Assembly (NCBI GenBank): GCA_963422205.2
Contig: CAXMWX010000001.1
Span: 480,001 to 544,000 of the forward strand
From: Gammaproteobacteria bacterium
Lineage (GTDB): Bacteria; Pseudomonadota; Gammaproteobacteria; Eutrophobiales; Eutrophobiaceae
DNA length: 64,000 nucleotides
Reading direction: 5' to 3'
Position numbers and translations under genes: made by a program. Below are positions 55,606 to 64,000 of the stretch, one piece after another. How positions within the stretch are numbered: position 1 is the first letter of the stretch; every line of letters begins with the position of its first letter. The notes beneath the pieces are model-generated. The model saw only the letters and a list, made by a program, of their open reading frames with translations. It searched no databases and was not told the DNA's origin.

Positions 55606-56642
55606 CATTGGCAGAGGACAATCAATGCGCCGCCGGTAGGAAAACTCAGAAAGTGACATCCTATGATGTGGCTGACTACGCTGGTGTGTCACAATCCGCC
55701 GTATCGCGTTGCTTTAAGCCGGGCGCCAGTGTCTCTAAAAAAATGCGCGCCCGCGTGATGAAGGCGGCGAATGAGTTGGGCTATCAGCCCAACGCGATTG
55801 CCAGAAGCCTGATTACCCGTCGCTCCAATCTGGTCGGTGTCATCCTGTCCGATTTTACCAACCTGCATTACCCGGAAGTGTTGTATGAGCTAAACCAGGG
55901 CTTTTCCAATCATGGCGTCCACGTGCTGTTGTTTACCCTGCATCGGGAGCGTGATATTGACGAGATCATCGGGCAGGTGTTTCAGTATCAAGTGGATGGT
56001 GTCGTGGTTGCCACAACATTATCGCCTGAGCAGATTGACAGATTCGAAAAAAGAAACCTGCCGCTGGTGTTCTTTAATCGCACGATACAGGACCGCATGG
56101 TGAACACGGTGTGCTGTGATCAGGAAGCGGGCGAGAGAATACTGGTCAATGCGCTGGCGAATGCCGGGCATAAATCATTTGGCCTGATAAGCGGCCCGGA
56201 AGATTCTCTGGTCGGGGTGCAGCGCGCTGCCGGGGCCAGTAGCTGCCTGGCGGCGCTGGGGTTTCATGGGGTGCCCACAGTGCCGGGCGATTATACCTAT
56301 GAGAGCGGGCAGGACGGCACCCGGGCCCTGATGCAGCAGCTTGATGGCCGGCCGGATGCGATCATTTGTGCCAATGATGTGATGGCGATAGGCTGCATAG
56401 ATACATTACGCGGAGAATTTTCATTGCGGATCCCGAATGATGTATCGGTGGTCGGTTTTGATGGCATCGCACCGGCGATATGGTCGGGCTATAATCTGAC
56501 CACCATTCGCCAGCCGGTGGCGCACATGTCGGAGGCGGCTGTTGATATGGTACTGGGGCGGGTGGATGATCCGGACAAGGCGCCGGAGATGCGCGTGTTC
56601 TCAGGCGAGATGCTGCCGGGTGGATCAGCACGCTCAGCGTGA
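55602..56642 (+). CDS. LacI-family transcriptional regulator
   Basis: [66 protein letters not shown]; TTG start overlapping the upstream TGA (start uncertain). Confidence 0.92.
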   Translation: MTLAEDNQCAAGRKTQKVTSYDVADYAGVSQSAVSRCFKPGASVSKKMRARVMKAANELGYQPNAIARSLITRRSNLVGVILSDFTNLHYPEVLYELNQGFSNHGVHVLLFTLHRERDIDEIIGQVFQYQVDGVVVATTLSPEQIDRFEKRNLPLVFFNRTIQDRMVNTVCCDQEAGERILVNALANAGHKSFGLISGPEDSLVGVQRAAGASSCLAALGFHGVPTVPGDYTYESGQDGTRALMQQLDGRPDAIICANDVMAIGCIDTLRGEFSLRIPNDVSVVGFDGIAPAIWSGYNLTTIRQPVAHMSEAAVDMVLGRVDDPDKAPEMRVFSGEMLPGGSARSA

Positions 56643-56687
56643 ACCGAAAAAGCGGCGTTACGTTGTTTCGAATACGGCCAGAGAACC

Positions 56688-57398
56688 GTGCCAGCCAGGC
56701 CACATCTGATTCTTATCCCCGGCATGATGTGTGATGCCCGTCTGTGGGCGCCTCAGCGTGACTGCCTGCAAGCCTGTTGCAGCTCAGTGACTGTGGCCGA
56801 CACCACACGGCATGATTCTATTGCCGCGATTGCCCGACACATTCTGGCAGAGGCACCGGACAGATTCGCCGTTGCCGGTTTGTCCATGGGAGGGTTTGTC
56901 GTGTTTGAATTATGGCGGCAGGCGGCGGCGCGGATTACGCATCTTGCGCTGCTAGATACCAACGATCATGCCGACATGACCGAGCGTGCAGAGCAACGCC
57001 AGCAACTGCTGGCCCAGGCCATCGCTGGCGGGCTTCAGGCGGTTGTTGCCGAGGCGCTGAAGCCGGTTTATCTGGCCGCCGGTCATCAGCATGAAAAAGC
57101 GGTTTTGCATACCATCATGGATATGGCCTTGAGCCTGGGGGTGGAGGTCTTCGAGAGGCAGTGTAAAGCGATAAGAAACCGTCGGGAAAGCCGCTCTTTG
57201 CTGGCAGAGATTACCGTGCCAGCGCTGGTGTTGTGTGGCGTGGAAGATAAGCTGTGTCCGCCTGATGTTCATAAGGCAATGGCCGCACATATCGCCAACA
57301 GCCAGCTGGTGCTGGTAGAGCGCTGTGGTCATTTGTCGAGCCTGGAACAGCCAGAAATCGTCAATGCCGCCATGCAGGCGTGGCTGAACTTGGCTTAA
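56688..57398 (+). CDS. Alpha/beta-fold hydrolase
   Basis: LILIPGMMCD, nucleophile elbow GLSMGG, acid residue in GVEDKLCP, catalytic His in CGHLSSLEQP. Confidence 0.88.
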   Translation: MPARPHLILIPGMMCDARLWAPQRDCLQACCSSVTVADTTRHDSIAAIARHILAEAPDRFAVAGLSMGGFVVFELWRQAAARITHLALLDTNDHADMTERAEQRQQLLAQAIAGGLQAVVAEALKPVYLAAGHQHEKAVLHTIMDMALSLGVEVFERQCKAIRNRRESRSLLAEITVPALVLCGVEDKLCPPDVHKAMAAHIANSQLVLVERCGHLSSLEQPEIVNAAMQAWLNLA

Positions 57399-57415
57399 CC
57401 CGTAAGGAGCACGCA

Positions 57416-58567
57416 ATGATAACAAGCAACGATCGCATACTGACGACCCATGTGGGCAGCCTGCCACGTTCAAAGGCCGTCACAGATGGCGTGTTTGCGA
57501 AAGAAAATGGCACCTTATCCGATGAGGACGATCTGGAACAAACCATAGCAGCGGCTGTGACAGAGGTTGTGGTGCGTCAGGTGAATGCGGGCATAGACAT
57601 CGTCAGCGATGGTGAGATGAGCAAGATAAGCTATGCCACCTACATTAAGGATCGCTTGAGCGGTTTTGCTGGCGATAGCCCGCGTATACCCCCGCAGGAC
57701 CTGGAGGACTATCCCGGCTTTCTGCAACGCCAGGCGAGGTCCGGAGGCACACCGACCTACAAGCGACCGGTCTGTGTGGCCGAGATAAAACCTAAAGATA
57801 CAGAGCCGCTGGATAAGGATCTGGCCAACCTCACCCGTGTGACTCAGCAGGCAAGGCCAGTGCAGGCGTTTATGAATGCCGCCTCGCCCGGTGTTATCGC
57901 CTTATTCCAGCCTAACCGGTATTACCCGGATCATAGAAGTTACCTTGAAGCCCTGGCCGAGGCCATGCAGCATGAATATGAAGCCATAGTCAATGCGGGT
58001 TTTCTGTTGCAGTTGGACAGCCCTGATTTGGGGCTGGGCCGACACATGATGTTTAAAGATAAATCCGATCAGGCGTATAGTGATCTGGCCAATCTGCATG
58101 TGGATATGTTAAACCATGCCGTGCGTAATATCCCGGCTGAAAAAATGCGTCTGCATGTGTGCTGGGGGAATTATGAAGGCCCGCATCATTGTGATGTTCC
58201 GATGGCCACGGTGTTGCCGATTGCCCTGCGTGCAAAGCCAGCCGCCCTGTTATTTGAATCGGCCAATCCTCGACATGCCCATGAATGGGAGGTGTTTGCA
58301 CAAACGGCGATAGCGGATGAGAAGATTCTTGTGCCGGGCGTGATCGATTCCACGACCAATTTTATTGAACATCCGAGGCTGGTTGCACAACGGATTTGTC
58401 GGTTCGCTGATATCGTCGGTCGTGAACGTGTCATCGCTGGCACGGATTGTGGCTTTTCCACCTTTGCCGGTTTTGGTGCCGTTGATGAGGCGATTGTGTA
58501 TGCCAAGCTGGCGAGTCTGGTTGAAGGTGCCAGGCTGGCCAGTGAACACTTATGGAACATACGTTGA
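57416..58567 (+). CDS. Cobalamin-independent methionine synthase II-family (single-barrel MetE/EaCoMT-like) Zn enzyme
   Basis: ILTTHVGSLPR, GIDIVSDGE, LQLDSPDL, Zn ligands HVCWGNY, FESANPRH.HEW and AGTDCGF; RBS aaggag. Confidence 0.88.
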   Translation: MITSNDRILTTHVGSLPRSKAVTDGVFAKENGTLSDEDDLEQTIAAAVTEVVVRQVNAGIDIVSDGEMSKISYATYIKDRLSGFAGDSPRIPPQDLEDYPGFLQRQARSGGTPTYKRPVCVAEIKPKDTEPLDKDLANLTRVTQQARPVQAFMNAASPGVIALFQPNRYYPDHRSYLEALAEAMQHEYEAIVNAGFLLQLDSPDLGLGRHMMFKDKSDQAYSDLANLHVDMLNHAVRNIPAEKMRLHVCWGNYEGPHHCDVPMATVLPIALRAKPAALLFESANPRHAHEWEVFAQTAIADEKILVPGVIDSTTNFIEHPRLVAQRICRFADIVGRERVIAGTDCGFSTFAGFGAVDEAIVYAKLASLVEGARLASEHLWNIR

Positions 58568-59334
58568 TGTTGGCATCACTCGCCGCCACATTCCGCCAGC
58601 GCCTGCTGGCAAAAGAGGTACTGGTCGGTACCTTTGTTAAAACGCCATCACCGATCATCACCGAAGTCCTGGCGTTGACGGCGCTCGATGCCGTCTGTCT
58701 GGATGCAGAGCATGCCCCGTTTGGTCGGGTGGAGTTAGATGCCTGTATCCAGACCTTGCGTGCGGCCGGGATGCCGGCCTTGGTGCGGGTAGCGGCGAAT
58801 GCGCCGGAGTACATCATGCAGGCCCTCGATTGTGGTGCAACCGGTATCATCGTACCGCATATCACCACCGCCGAACAGGCCGAGGCAGTGGCGAGGGCGG
58901 CGCACTTTGGCGAGGGCGGCCGAGGATATGCCGGTTCCACCCGTGCGGCTGGTTATACCCAAAAGCCGCTGCGGGATCATGTTAAGGACAGCGCACAACA
59001 GACTGCCGTCATCGTGCAGATTGAAGATCCGAGCGCTGTTACTGCCATTGAAGAGATCTGCACGGTGACCGGGGTGGATTGTCTGTTCATCGGGCGTATC
59101 GATCTGACAGTCGCCTTGCAGGCACACTCACCGAATGATGAGGTGGTGATTGCTGCCGTTGAGGCAATCTGTACAGCGGCCACAGCGGCAAACAAAACGA
59201 TAGGCATGTTTGTCTCTGATCCGAATGAAGCACAGTTATGGCAAGCACAGGGGGCTTCGTTATTTTTGCTGGGTTCGGATCATGGCTTTATTCTCAGCGG
59301 TGCAAACAATCTGCACCGGCTGATCGCCGGATGA
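58567..59334 (+). CDS. HpcH/HpaI-family class II aldolase
   Basis: LDAEHAPF, ALVRV, ALDCGATGIIVPHI, RGYAG, IVQIED, GVDCLFIGRIDL. Confidence 0.88.
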   Translation: MLASLAATFRQRLLAKEVLVGTFVKTPSPIITEVLALTALDAVCLDAEHAPFGRVELDACIQTLRAAGMPALVRVAANAPEYIMQALDCGATGIIVPHITTAEQAEAVARAAHFGEGGRGYAGSTRAAGYTQKPLRDHVKDSAQQTAVIVQIEDPSAVTAIEEICTVTGVDCLFIGRIDLTVALQAHSPNDEVVIAAVEAICTAATAANKTIGMFVSDPNEAQLWQAQGASLFLLGSDHGFILSGANNLHRLIAG

Positions 59335-59365
59335 ATCGGGCAACCGGCTGCCGGTTATGACAACA

Positions 59366-60277
59366 TCATAAGTTCAACGCATAAAACTGATTCGCTGTGC
59401 CGAAGAACAGGGCCTGTTGTTCATCTGCACTGAATGCACGGCTGATGTCAAGGTAAGCCTGCCAGAGCGTCTGATAATCCCGATGCAGCTTGTCAACCGG
59501 GAAGTTTGATCCAAACATGCAGCGTTCTGGTGTAAAGATATCGATCACGCTTTCAATAACAGGCCGTATGCTGTTGGTTGTCCAGTGATGATCGAACATA
59601 CCAAAACCTGAGAGCTTGCAGAAGATGTTGGGTAATTGTGCCAGCCTCGCCAGCTCGGTGCGCCAGAAATCCAGCGCCTGCCTGCTTTGATCAAACGGCG
59701 AGCCACAATGACAAAGGGCAATTTTCGTATCGGCCACGGAGCGCAGGACATCATAGGTCGGGGAGATGTATTCCGGGATGAGTTGCAGATCAAATGACAG
59801 GCCGTGCTGTGCCAGTTTACCCAGATTGTCTGCCCAGGCGGTGCTGGTCAGTAAGCCATAGCTGTTGGTTAAGCGATCCTCGGCGGGTGCTCGTCCGATG
59901 ATCTGCCGGATCCCTCGAAGGTTGGTAAATACTTTTTGCTGTTCCAGCTGTGCTATCGCATCGGCTGTCGACAGATCACAAAAGGCGACTATCGCATGCG
60001 GAAACCCCCTGCCAGTTGCCGATTCGGCCACAGATTGCAACCAGCACGTCTCCGCCACTGCCTGATCTTCCTGCGTGCCTGCTTGTATGTGTACCGAGCC
60101 AGCAATGGGCAGGTCTGCCATATCGGCAAAGAAATCTTTAATGAGGTAATTTTTTTGTATCGGTGTGGGGTCGCCGAAGAATCGCCTTACACCTTTGGCC
60201 ATCAGCCAGGGATAATGACAGGCTTGCAGATCCCAGAGATGATGATGGGCATCGATGATCTTCGTGATGGTATGCAC
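59366..60277 (-). CDS. Amidohydrolase-2 family protein (lactonase-like)
   Basis: IIDAHHHLWD, SVHIQA, LRGIRQ, LSFDLQ, LCHCGSP, CKLSG, RCMFGSNFPVD. Confidence 0.87.
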   Translation of the reverse strand: MHTITKIIDAHHHLWDLQACHYPWLMAKGVRRFFGDPTPIQKNYLIKDFFADMADLPIAGSVHIQAGTQEDQAVAETCWLQSVAESATGRGFPHAIVAFCDLSTADAIAQLEQQKVFTNLRGIRQIIGRAPAEDRLTNSYGLLTSTAWADNLGKLAQHGLSFDLQLIPEYISPTYDVLRSVADTKIALCHCGSPFDQSRQALDFWRTELARLAQLPNIFCKLSGFGMFDHHWTTNSIRPVIESVIDIFTPERCMFGSNFPVDKLHRDYQTLWQAYLDISRAFSADEQQALFFGTANQFYALNL

Positions 60278-60289
60278 GATGCCGGGGTA

Positions 60290-61285
60290 TCACGGCGTGT
60301 AGATCTGTCTTAACACGGCCAGCTCATCGAATACCGTCCACTCTTCTGTAACACTGCCCTGATACAGACGCCAGTGTGTGCCGACAAGGAACATGAGCCG
60401 CCTGCCAGAGGCCGCACCGTAGATGCCTGCCTGATCATGTTTGCCTGTCAACACCCAGCGTATGGCAACCTCTGTGGTATCATCATCGATACCAACCGAG
60501 CAGATATGATCAACGCTCGCCTGTGTGCCTGACAAGGTGGCATGCAGTTCACTTATCCCCGCCTTGATCGGTGCATGTCCTGTCATTTCCCGACCAGCCG
60601 GCCCGTGCAGGCAGGCATCGGGTGTGTACACCTTCTCAACTGTATCAATATCCCGTCTGTGCCATAGACTGGCAAAGACCTGCCGGATAAATGTGTTGAG
60701 ATCAGTTTTTGCATCGGCCAGGCTGGCGGTTGTCGGTAAGGGCGGCTGGCTGGCTACCCGCTCGATCTCACGTGCCAGCCAGTCATGCACTGCCTGTTCA
60801 TGCTGGTTTTCCATGGCCAGCCGATGTGCAACGGCGTGCGGGTCAAGCCCCAGTTGCTGCACCAGCCCCATGTTGTCGCGCATCAGCCATTCTTCATGGA
60901 TGTGATTCTCCCTCGCCGCACAGTCAGCGATGGTACGCACCGTGGCCTGTCTGCCGGTTGGCGGGCCGAACTCGCTGTGTCCCAGGTTAGTCATGGCCGG
61001 GCTGATGATGCGATGCGAAGAGTAATGGCCGGCGGTATCATCACCCGTACAGATCACGGCCTCGGTATCGAGTCGTCTGTCTGGAAATGCCGCCAGGGTT
61101 TTGATGGTGTTGTTAATGACGGCCTCGCTGCCATAGACCGGGCCGCCCAGGGTATGTATGACGGCATCTTCTGCATAGTAGCGTGCGATGGCGCCGATAT
61201 TTCTCTCCTTCCATATCCGATCGGTAATGCGCTTTATATAATCCGCATAATCCGTAAACTCTGCATCAAAACCTTTCATAGCCAC
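60290..61285 (-). CDS. Tandem SnoaL/ester-cyclase (NTF2-like) protein
   Basis: DYIKRITDRIW, TLAAFPDR, YSSHRI, FGPPTGR..TVRTIADC, EEWLMRDN; second domain ends RW...G.H..YGAASGR...EEWTVFDELA. Confidence 0.85.
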   Translation of the reverse strand: MAMKGFDAEFTDYADYIKRITDRIWKERNIGAIARYYAEDAVIHTLGGPVYGSEAVINNTIKTLAAFPDRRLDTEAVICTGDDTAGHYSSHRIISPAMTNLGHSEFGPPTGRQATVRTIADCAARENHIHEEWLMRDNMGLVQQLGLDPHAVAHRLAMENQHEQAVHDWLAREIERVASQPPLPTTASLADAKTDLNTFIRQVFASLWHRRDIDTVEKVYTPDACLHGPAGREMTGHAPIKAGISELHATLSGTQASVDHICSVGIDDDTTEVAIRWVLTGKHDQAGIYGAASGRRLMFLVGTHWRLYQGSVTEEWTVFDELAVLRQIYTP

Positions 61286-61303
61286 TCTTCTCCCACTGAC
61301 AGA

Positions 61304-62278
61304 TTATCTGCCGGCATAGCCGTTGTGCATGTGTTGAAAGACATCGTGCCCCATTTGTTTTAACAGGTGAATCAGATCGATACTGACCCAGTTCTCCTGC
61401 AGCAACTCGCCCTCACGCCGCCAGAAGTCCATGACCCGCATGGTCACTTGCCGGTTAGAAGCAGGCCGGCCCAGCCAGCCATCACCGGTATGGGTGGCGG
61501 ACATGTGCGGCCAGCCGCCCGTTGCTGCATAATTGCCCTCGGCCACATAGTTCAGGTAGTTGTCCACGGTGCGGTCGGGAAAGCCTTGCAGGAAGGGGGC
61601 CTGATGCTGTTCACGAAAACCGCTTAAACCACGGGTGGTGCCGATCCCGGCCGGCCCGTACCACATAAAATCCGGGTGCCAGTAGTTTTCCTGATCCATG
61701 CTGAGTAATGATTTGCCATCATACTGCGCCAGCCCGGCGTGCATGGCCTTGACCAGCCGTAGGCTCTTGTCACTTTGCCCGGTGCTGGCATTGTCAGGGG
61801 TCAGCCCGTCCATGCTGGAAGGCGGCATGACCAGGCCATAATGACGATGCCCAGGCCGAAGCGGGTTGACATTCGCCTGATACATGGCATCGATAAAATC
61901 AGGAATAACATAACCGGCACTTATCCTGTTATTTTCAATCAGCAGCATCTCCGCATAGCGTAGATAAAGCACATCGCCTGTCGGTGTTATATCAAACAAC
62001 GGTTGCGTGAATGTGCCGATGAAATAACCGGTTGTATTCACCCAGTGCTGCCCGGCATATTCACCGGCAAGCATGATAAACGGCTTGTATTCAATGTCCG
62101 GCAAGGCCAGCTTCAACGGCTGCCAGTAGTGCGTCAGAAACTGCCGAGGCCCCTGCAACTCATTGACCGGATGGGCAGCACACCATGTCAGCTCATCACT
62201 GAGATGGCGTAATGCGGTAGCCGTATCATCCCCCGTGAGCGCTTGATAAAACGCCGTCACTACAGTTTTATTGTGCAT
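61304..62278 (-). CDS. Tandem SnoaL/ester-cyclase (NTF2-like) protein
   Basis: HPVNELQG, YWQPLKLALPD, PTGDVLYLRYAE; WHPDFMWYGPAGIGTTRGL..F...HQAPFLQGFPDR, MRVMDFWRREG..ENWVSID. Confidence 0.85.
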   Translation of the reverse strand: MHNKTVVTAFYQALTGDDTATALRHLSDELTWCAAHPVNELQGPRQFLTHYWQPLKLALPDIEYKPFIMLAGEYAGQHWVNTTGYFIGTFTQPLFDITPTGDVLYLRYAEMLLIENNRISAGYVIPDFIDAMYQANVNPLRPGHRHYGLVMPPSSMDGLTPDNASTGQSDKSLRLVKAMHAGLAQYDGKSLLSMDQENYWHPDFMWYGPAGIGTTRGLSGFREQHQAPFLQGFPDRTVDNYLNYVAEGNYAATGGWPHMSATHTGDGWLGRPASNRQVTMRVMDFWRREGELLQENWVSIDLIHLLKQMGHDVFQHMHNGYAGR

Positions 62279-62312
62279 ATTTTCCTGTCAGTCATGGTCA
62301 AAAGCAGCCGGG

Positions 62313-63386
62313 CTAACATTGCTGCTGCACGTTCGCCATAATATCCACATCCATCTGCAACAGGATGTCGATGATATCGATCGGCACCCAGTTCTCGCGT
62401 ATCAGGCCGGCATCACAGAGATAAAAATCCATCACGCGCATGTTGATATGACGGCTGGTAGGGCCTGTTCCAAGCCAGTTGCCACCGGTATGTTTTGCCA
62501 CCACACTGGGCCAGCCGGAGGTCGCCGTATATTTACCATCACCAATCTGCACATAATGATTACTGCCACCGCTACTGCGTTTTGGAAAAGCGATACGAAA
62601 AGGCCGTTGATGACAATCCACAAACCCCGCTAACCCGCGGGCGGTACCGATGCCACAGGGCCCATACCACATCATTTTTGGATGCCAGTAATTGACCTGC
62701 GACATGGTGAGTAAGGCATGGCGTTCGATGATCGTGTTGTCCAGTGATTTCTGCATAGCCAGCGTGAGTGCCAGATTGCTGGCGGATTCTGCGGCCTCTT
62801 GTTCTGTAAGCACAATGCCATCTGTCGTCACAGGGCCCGGCCACATCTCCTCAGCGCCCAAAGAGGGCGGCAAGGGCCAGAAGCCGGCCTGGCGAATCAC
62901 ATCCAGCACATCAAGCAGCACGGTACTCATGATGATCTTCTCATCACGTAACTGATGAAACTCGCCATAGCGGATATAGATCACACCACCGCTTGCCGGA
63001 ATGCCCAGCCAGTCCTGTTCAAATCTGCCAACGTAATGACCCACAGCGCCGACATAATCATGCGCCTTGTACGTGCCGCCGATAAGGATAGTGTCACGCC
63101 GTTCCAAATCCGGAAAAGCACACAATAAAGGCGCCCATACGACCTGCTCTATGGCATCAATACCATCTATCTCATTCATGGGATGAGAGCCGCGCCAGTG
63201 AGCATCCTGGTGATATGCGGCATGCAGGCATTGCTGTAACGTGTCCTTTGATGCACTGGCGATATTATCCAGCAGGTGTTTAACCCGCTTTTTATTTTTT
63301 AATGTCAGTGATTCATCAGGCATTAACTTGGCAGGTGTTTTAATAATGCGTGCATGTTCTACAGACTTTGCTGATCTTGATGGCAC
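62313..63386 (-). CDS. Tandem SnoaL/ester-cyclase (NTF2-like) protein
   Basis: HPMNEIDG, WAPLLCAFPDLERRD, IPASGGVIYIRYGEF; WHPKMMWYGPCGIGTARGL..F...HQRPFRIAFP, MRVMDFY..ENWVPID; start uncertain. Confidence 0.85.
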   Translation of the reverse strand: MPSRSAKSVEHARIIKTPAKLMPDESLTLKNKKRVKHLLDNIASASKDTLQQCLHAAYHQDAHWRGSHPMNEIDGIDAIEQVVWAPLLCAFPDLERRDTILIGGTYKAHDYVGAVGHYVGRFEQDWLGIPASGGVIYIRYGEFHQLRDEKIIMSTVLLDVLDVIRQAGFWPLPPSLGAEEMWPGPVTTDGIVLTEQEAAESASNLALTLAMQKSLDNTIIERHALLTMSQVNYWHPKMMWYGPCGIGTARGLAGFVDCHQRPFRIAFPKRSSGGSNHYVQIGDGKYTATSGWPSVVAKHTGGNWLGTGPTSRHINMRVMDFYLCDAGLIRENWVPIDIIDILLQMDVDIMANVQQQC

Positions 63387-63402
63387 AGATATTGGTCGCT
63401 CA

Positions 63403-64000
63403 TCATATCAGTCTCTCAAAGCAAAACAGGAAGGCAACGATCAGCACAAAAAACACCAGCAGAAGATAACTGCTGTTATCTACTCTGCCGGGAACCAGGT
63501 ACCAGCCGTTTTCTTTTTCGGCGATATTTTCCTGTTTAAATTTTGCTATCTGCCCGACCACGGTATAAGGCGAGTAATTTTTTTGTCTGCCATCTATCAG
63601 CAAGCTGCTGCTGATGGTTACAATCACGCTGACAATCAAACCGATCGCACAATACCACGGCCAGGCAACATCGGTATAAGCCGCCACTAACGCAACAGCA
63701 ATAAAAGCCGCCGCCGTGCCGACCAGCAGACCTTTCTCGGTGGCTTGTTTGGAGAGAAACCCCAACACGTACATGCCGAGTTGTGCGCCGATAAAAAAAG
63801 AGCCGACTTTACTTAAAATCTCCAGCACTGAGCCTTCGCTGCGGGTATACAGCAGGGCAGGGATAATAATCAATACCGCAAATATCCCCGTCAGGCCGCG
63901 CGTGACCTTCAGGTAATGTTCGGGTGTGGCATCCGCTTTGATATATTTCTGATAGAAGTCGATGGTGGCGACAGTGGATAGTGAATTGAAGGCCGAATCC
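63403..64000 (-). CDS. Sodium:solute symporter (SSS/SLC5) family transporter, 5'-truncated by window edge
   Basis: Frame open to the window end: DSAFNSLSTVATIDFYQKY...YLKVTR, then multiple TM helices (GSFFIGAQLGMYVLG, VAWPWYCAIG). Confidence 0.85.
   Translation of the reverse strand, partial: DSAFNSLSTVATIDFYQKYIKADATPEHYLKVTRGLTGIFAVLIIIPALLYTRSEGSVLEILSKVGSFFIGAQLGMYVLGFLSKQATEKGLLVGTAAAFIAVALVAAYTDVAWPWYCAIGLIVSVIVTISSSLLIDGRQKNYSPYTVVGQIAKFKQENIAEKENGWYLVPGRVDNSSYLLLVFFVLIVAFLFCFERLI

Noticed and set aside
1-64000. CRISPR arrays, rRNA/tRNA genes, transposases, integrases, prophage genes
   Set aside because: No regularly spaced repeats, RNA-gene signatures or mobility-protein motifs were recognised.

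Overview
This 64-kb bacterial window (gene content and style fit a methylotrophic, probably gammaproteobacterial genome; taxonomy is inference) has four blocks. (1) 1-27.3 kb is a C1-oxidation island. It holds the 3' part of a lanthanide-type methanol dehydrogenase (xoxF), a frameshifted blue-copper protein where xoxG normally sits, xoxJ and an unknown exported protein. A ~16-kb minus-strand run follows: fwdD-fwdB-fwdA-ftr-fwdC-ferredoxin-FNR-fhcB-fhcA-fhcD-fhcC-fdh(beta)-fdh(alpha). It diverges from H4MPT/methylofuran genes (mptG, mch, orf7, fae, orf17, orf9, pabB, orf21). The most striking point is that an apparently catalytically intact, archaeal-style formylmethanofuran dehydrogenase with its own ferredoxin/FNR lies directly beside the usual redox-inactive bacterial Fhc. 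(2) 27.4-35.8 kb holds a putative type II restriction-modification pair, class Ia nrdAB with tandem NrdR boxes, and a lipoyl-domain lpdA. (3) 35.9-48.3 kb holds a padBCD-like molybdoenzyme, a GT2, a sulfotransferase-like protein, a TonB receptor, a HAD-ECH fusion and a thioesterase. (4) 48.3-64 kb is an uncharacterised LacI-associated catabolic cluster: four tandem-SnoaL proteins, a TonB receptor with a C14 tract, an SDR, a HisD/HpsN-like dehydrogenase, an alpha/beta hydrolase, a MetE-like Zn enzyme, an HpcH aldolase, an amidohydrolase and a Na+/solute symporter. Two of its promoter regions share an identical 13-bp operator-like motif. No rRNA, tRNA, CRISPR array or transposase was recognised. 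All calls come from motif recognition by eye; no database searches were run.
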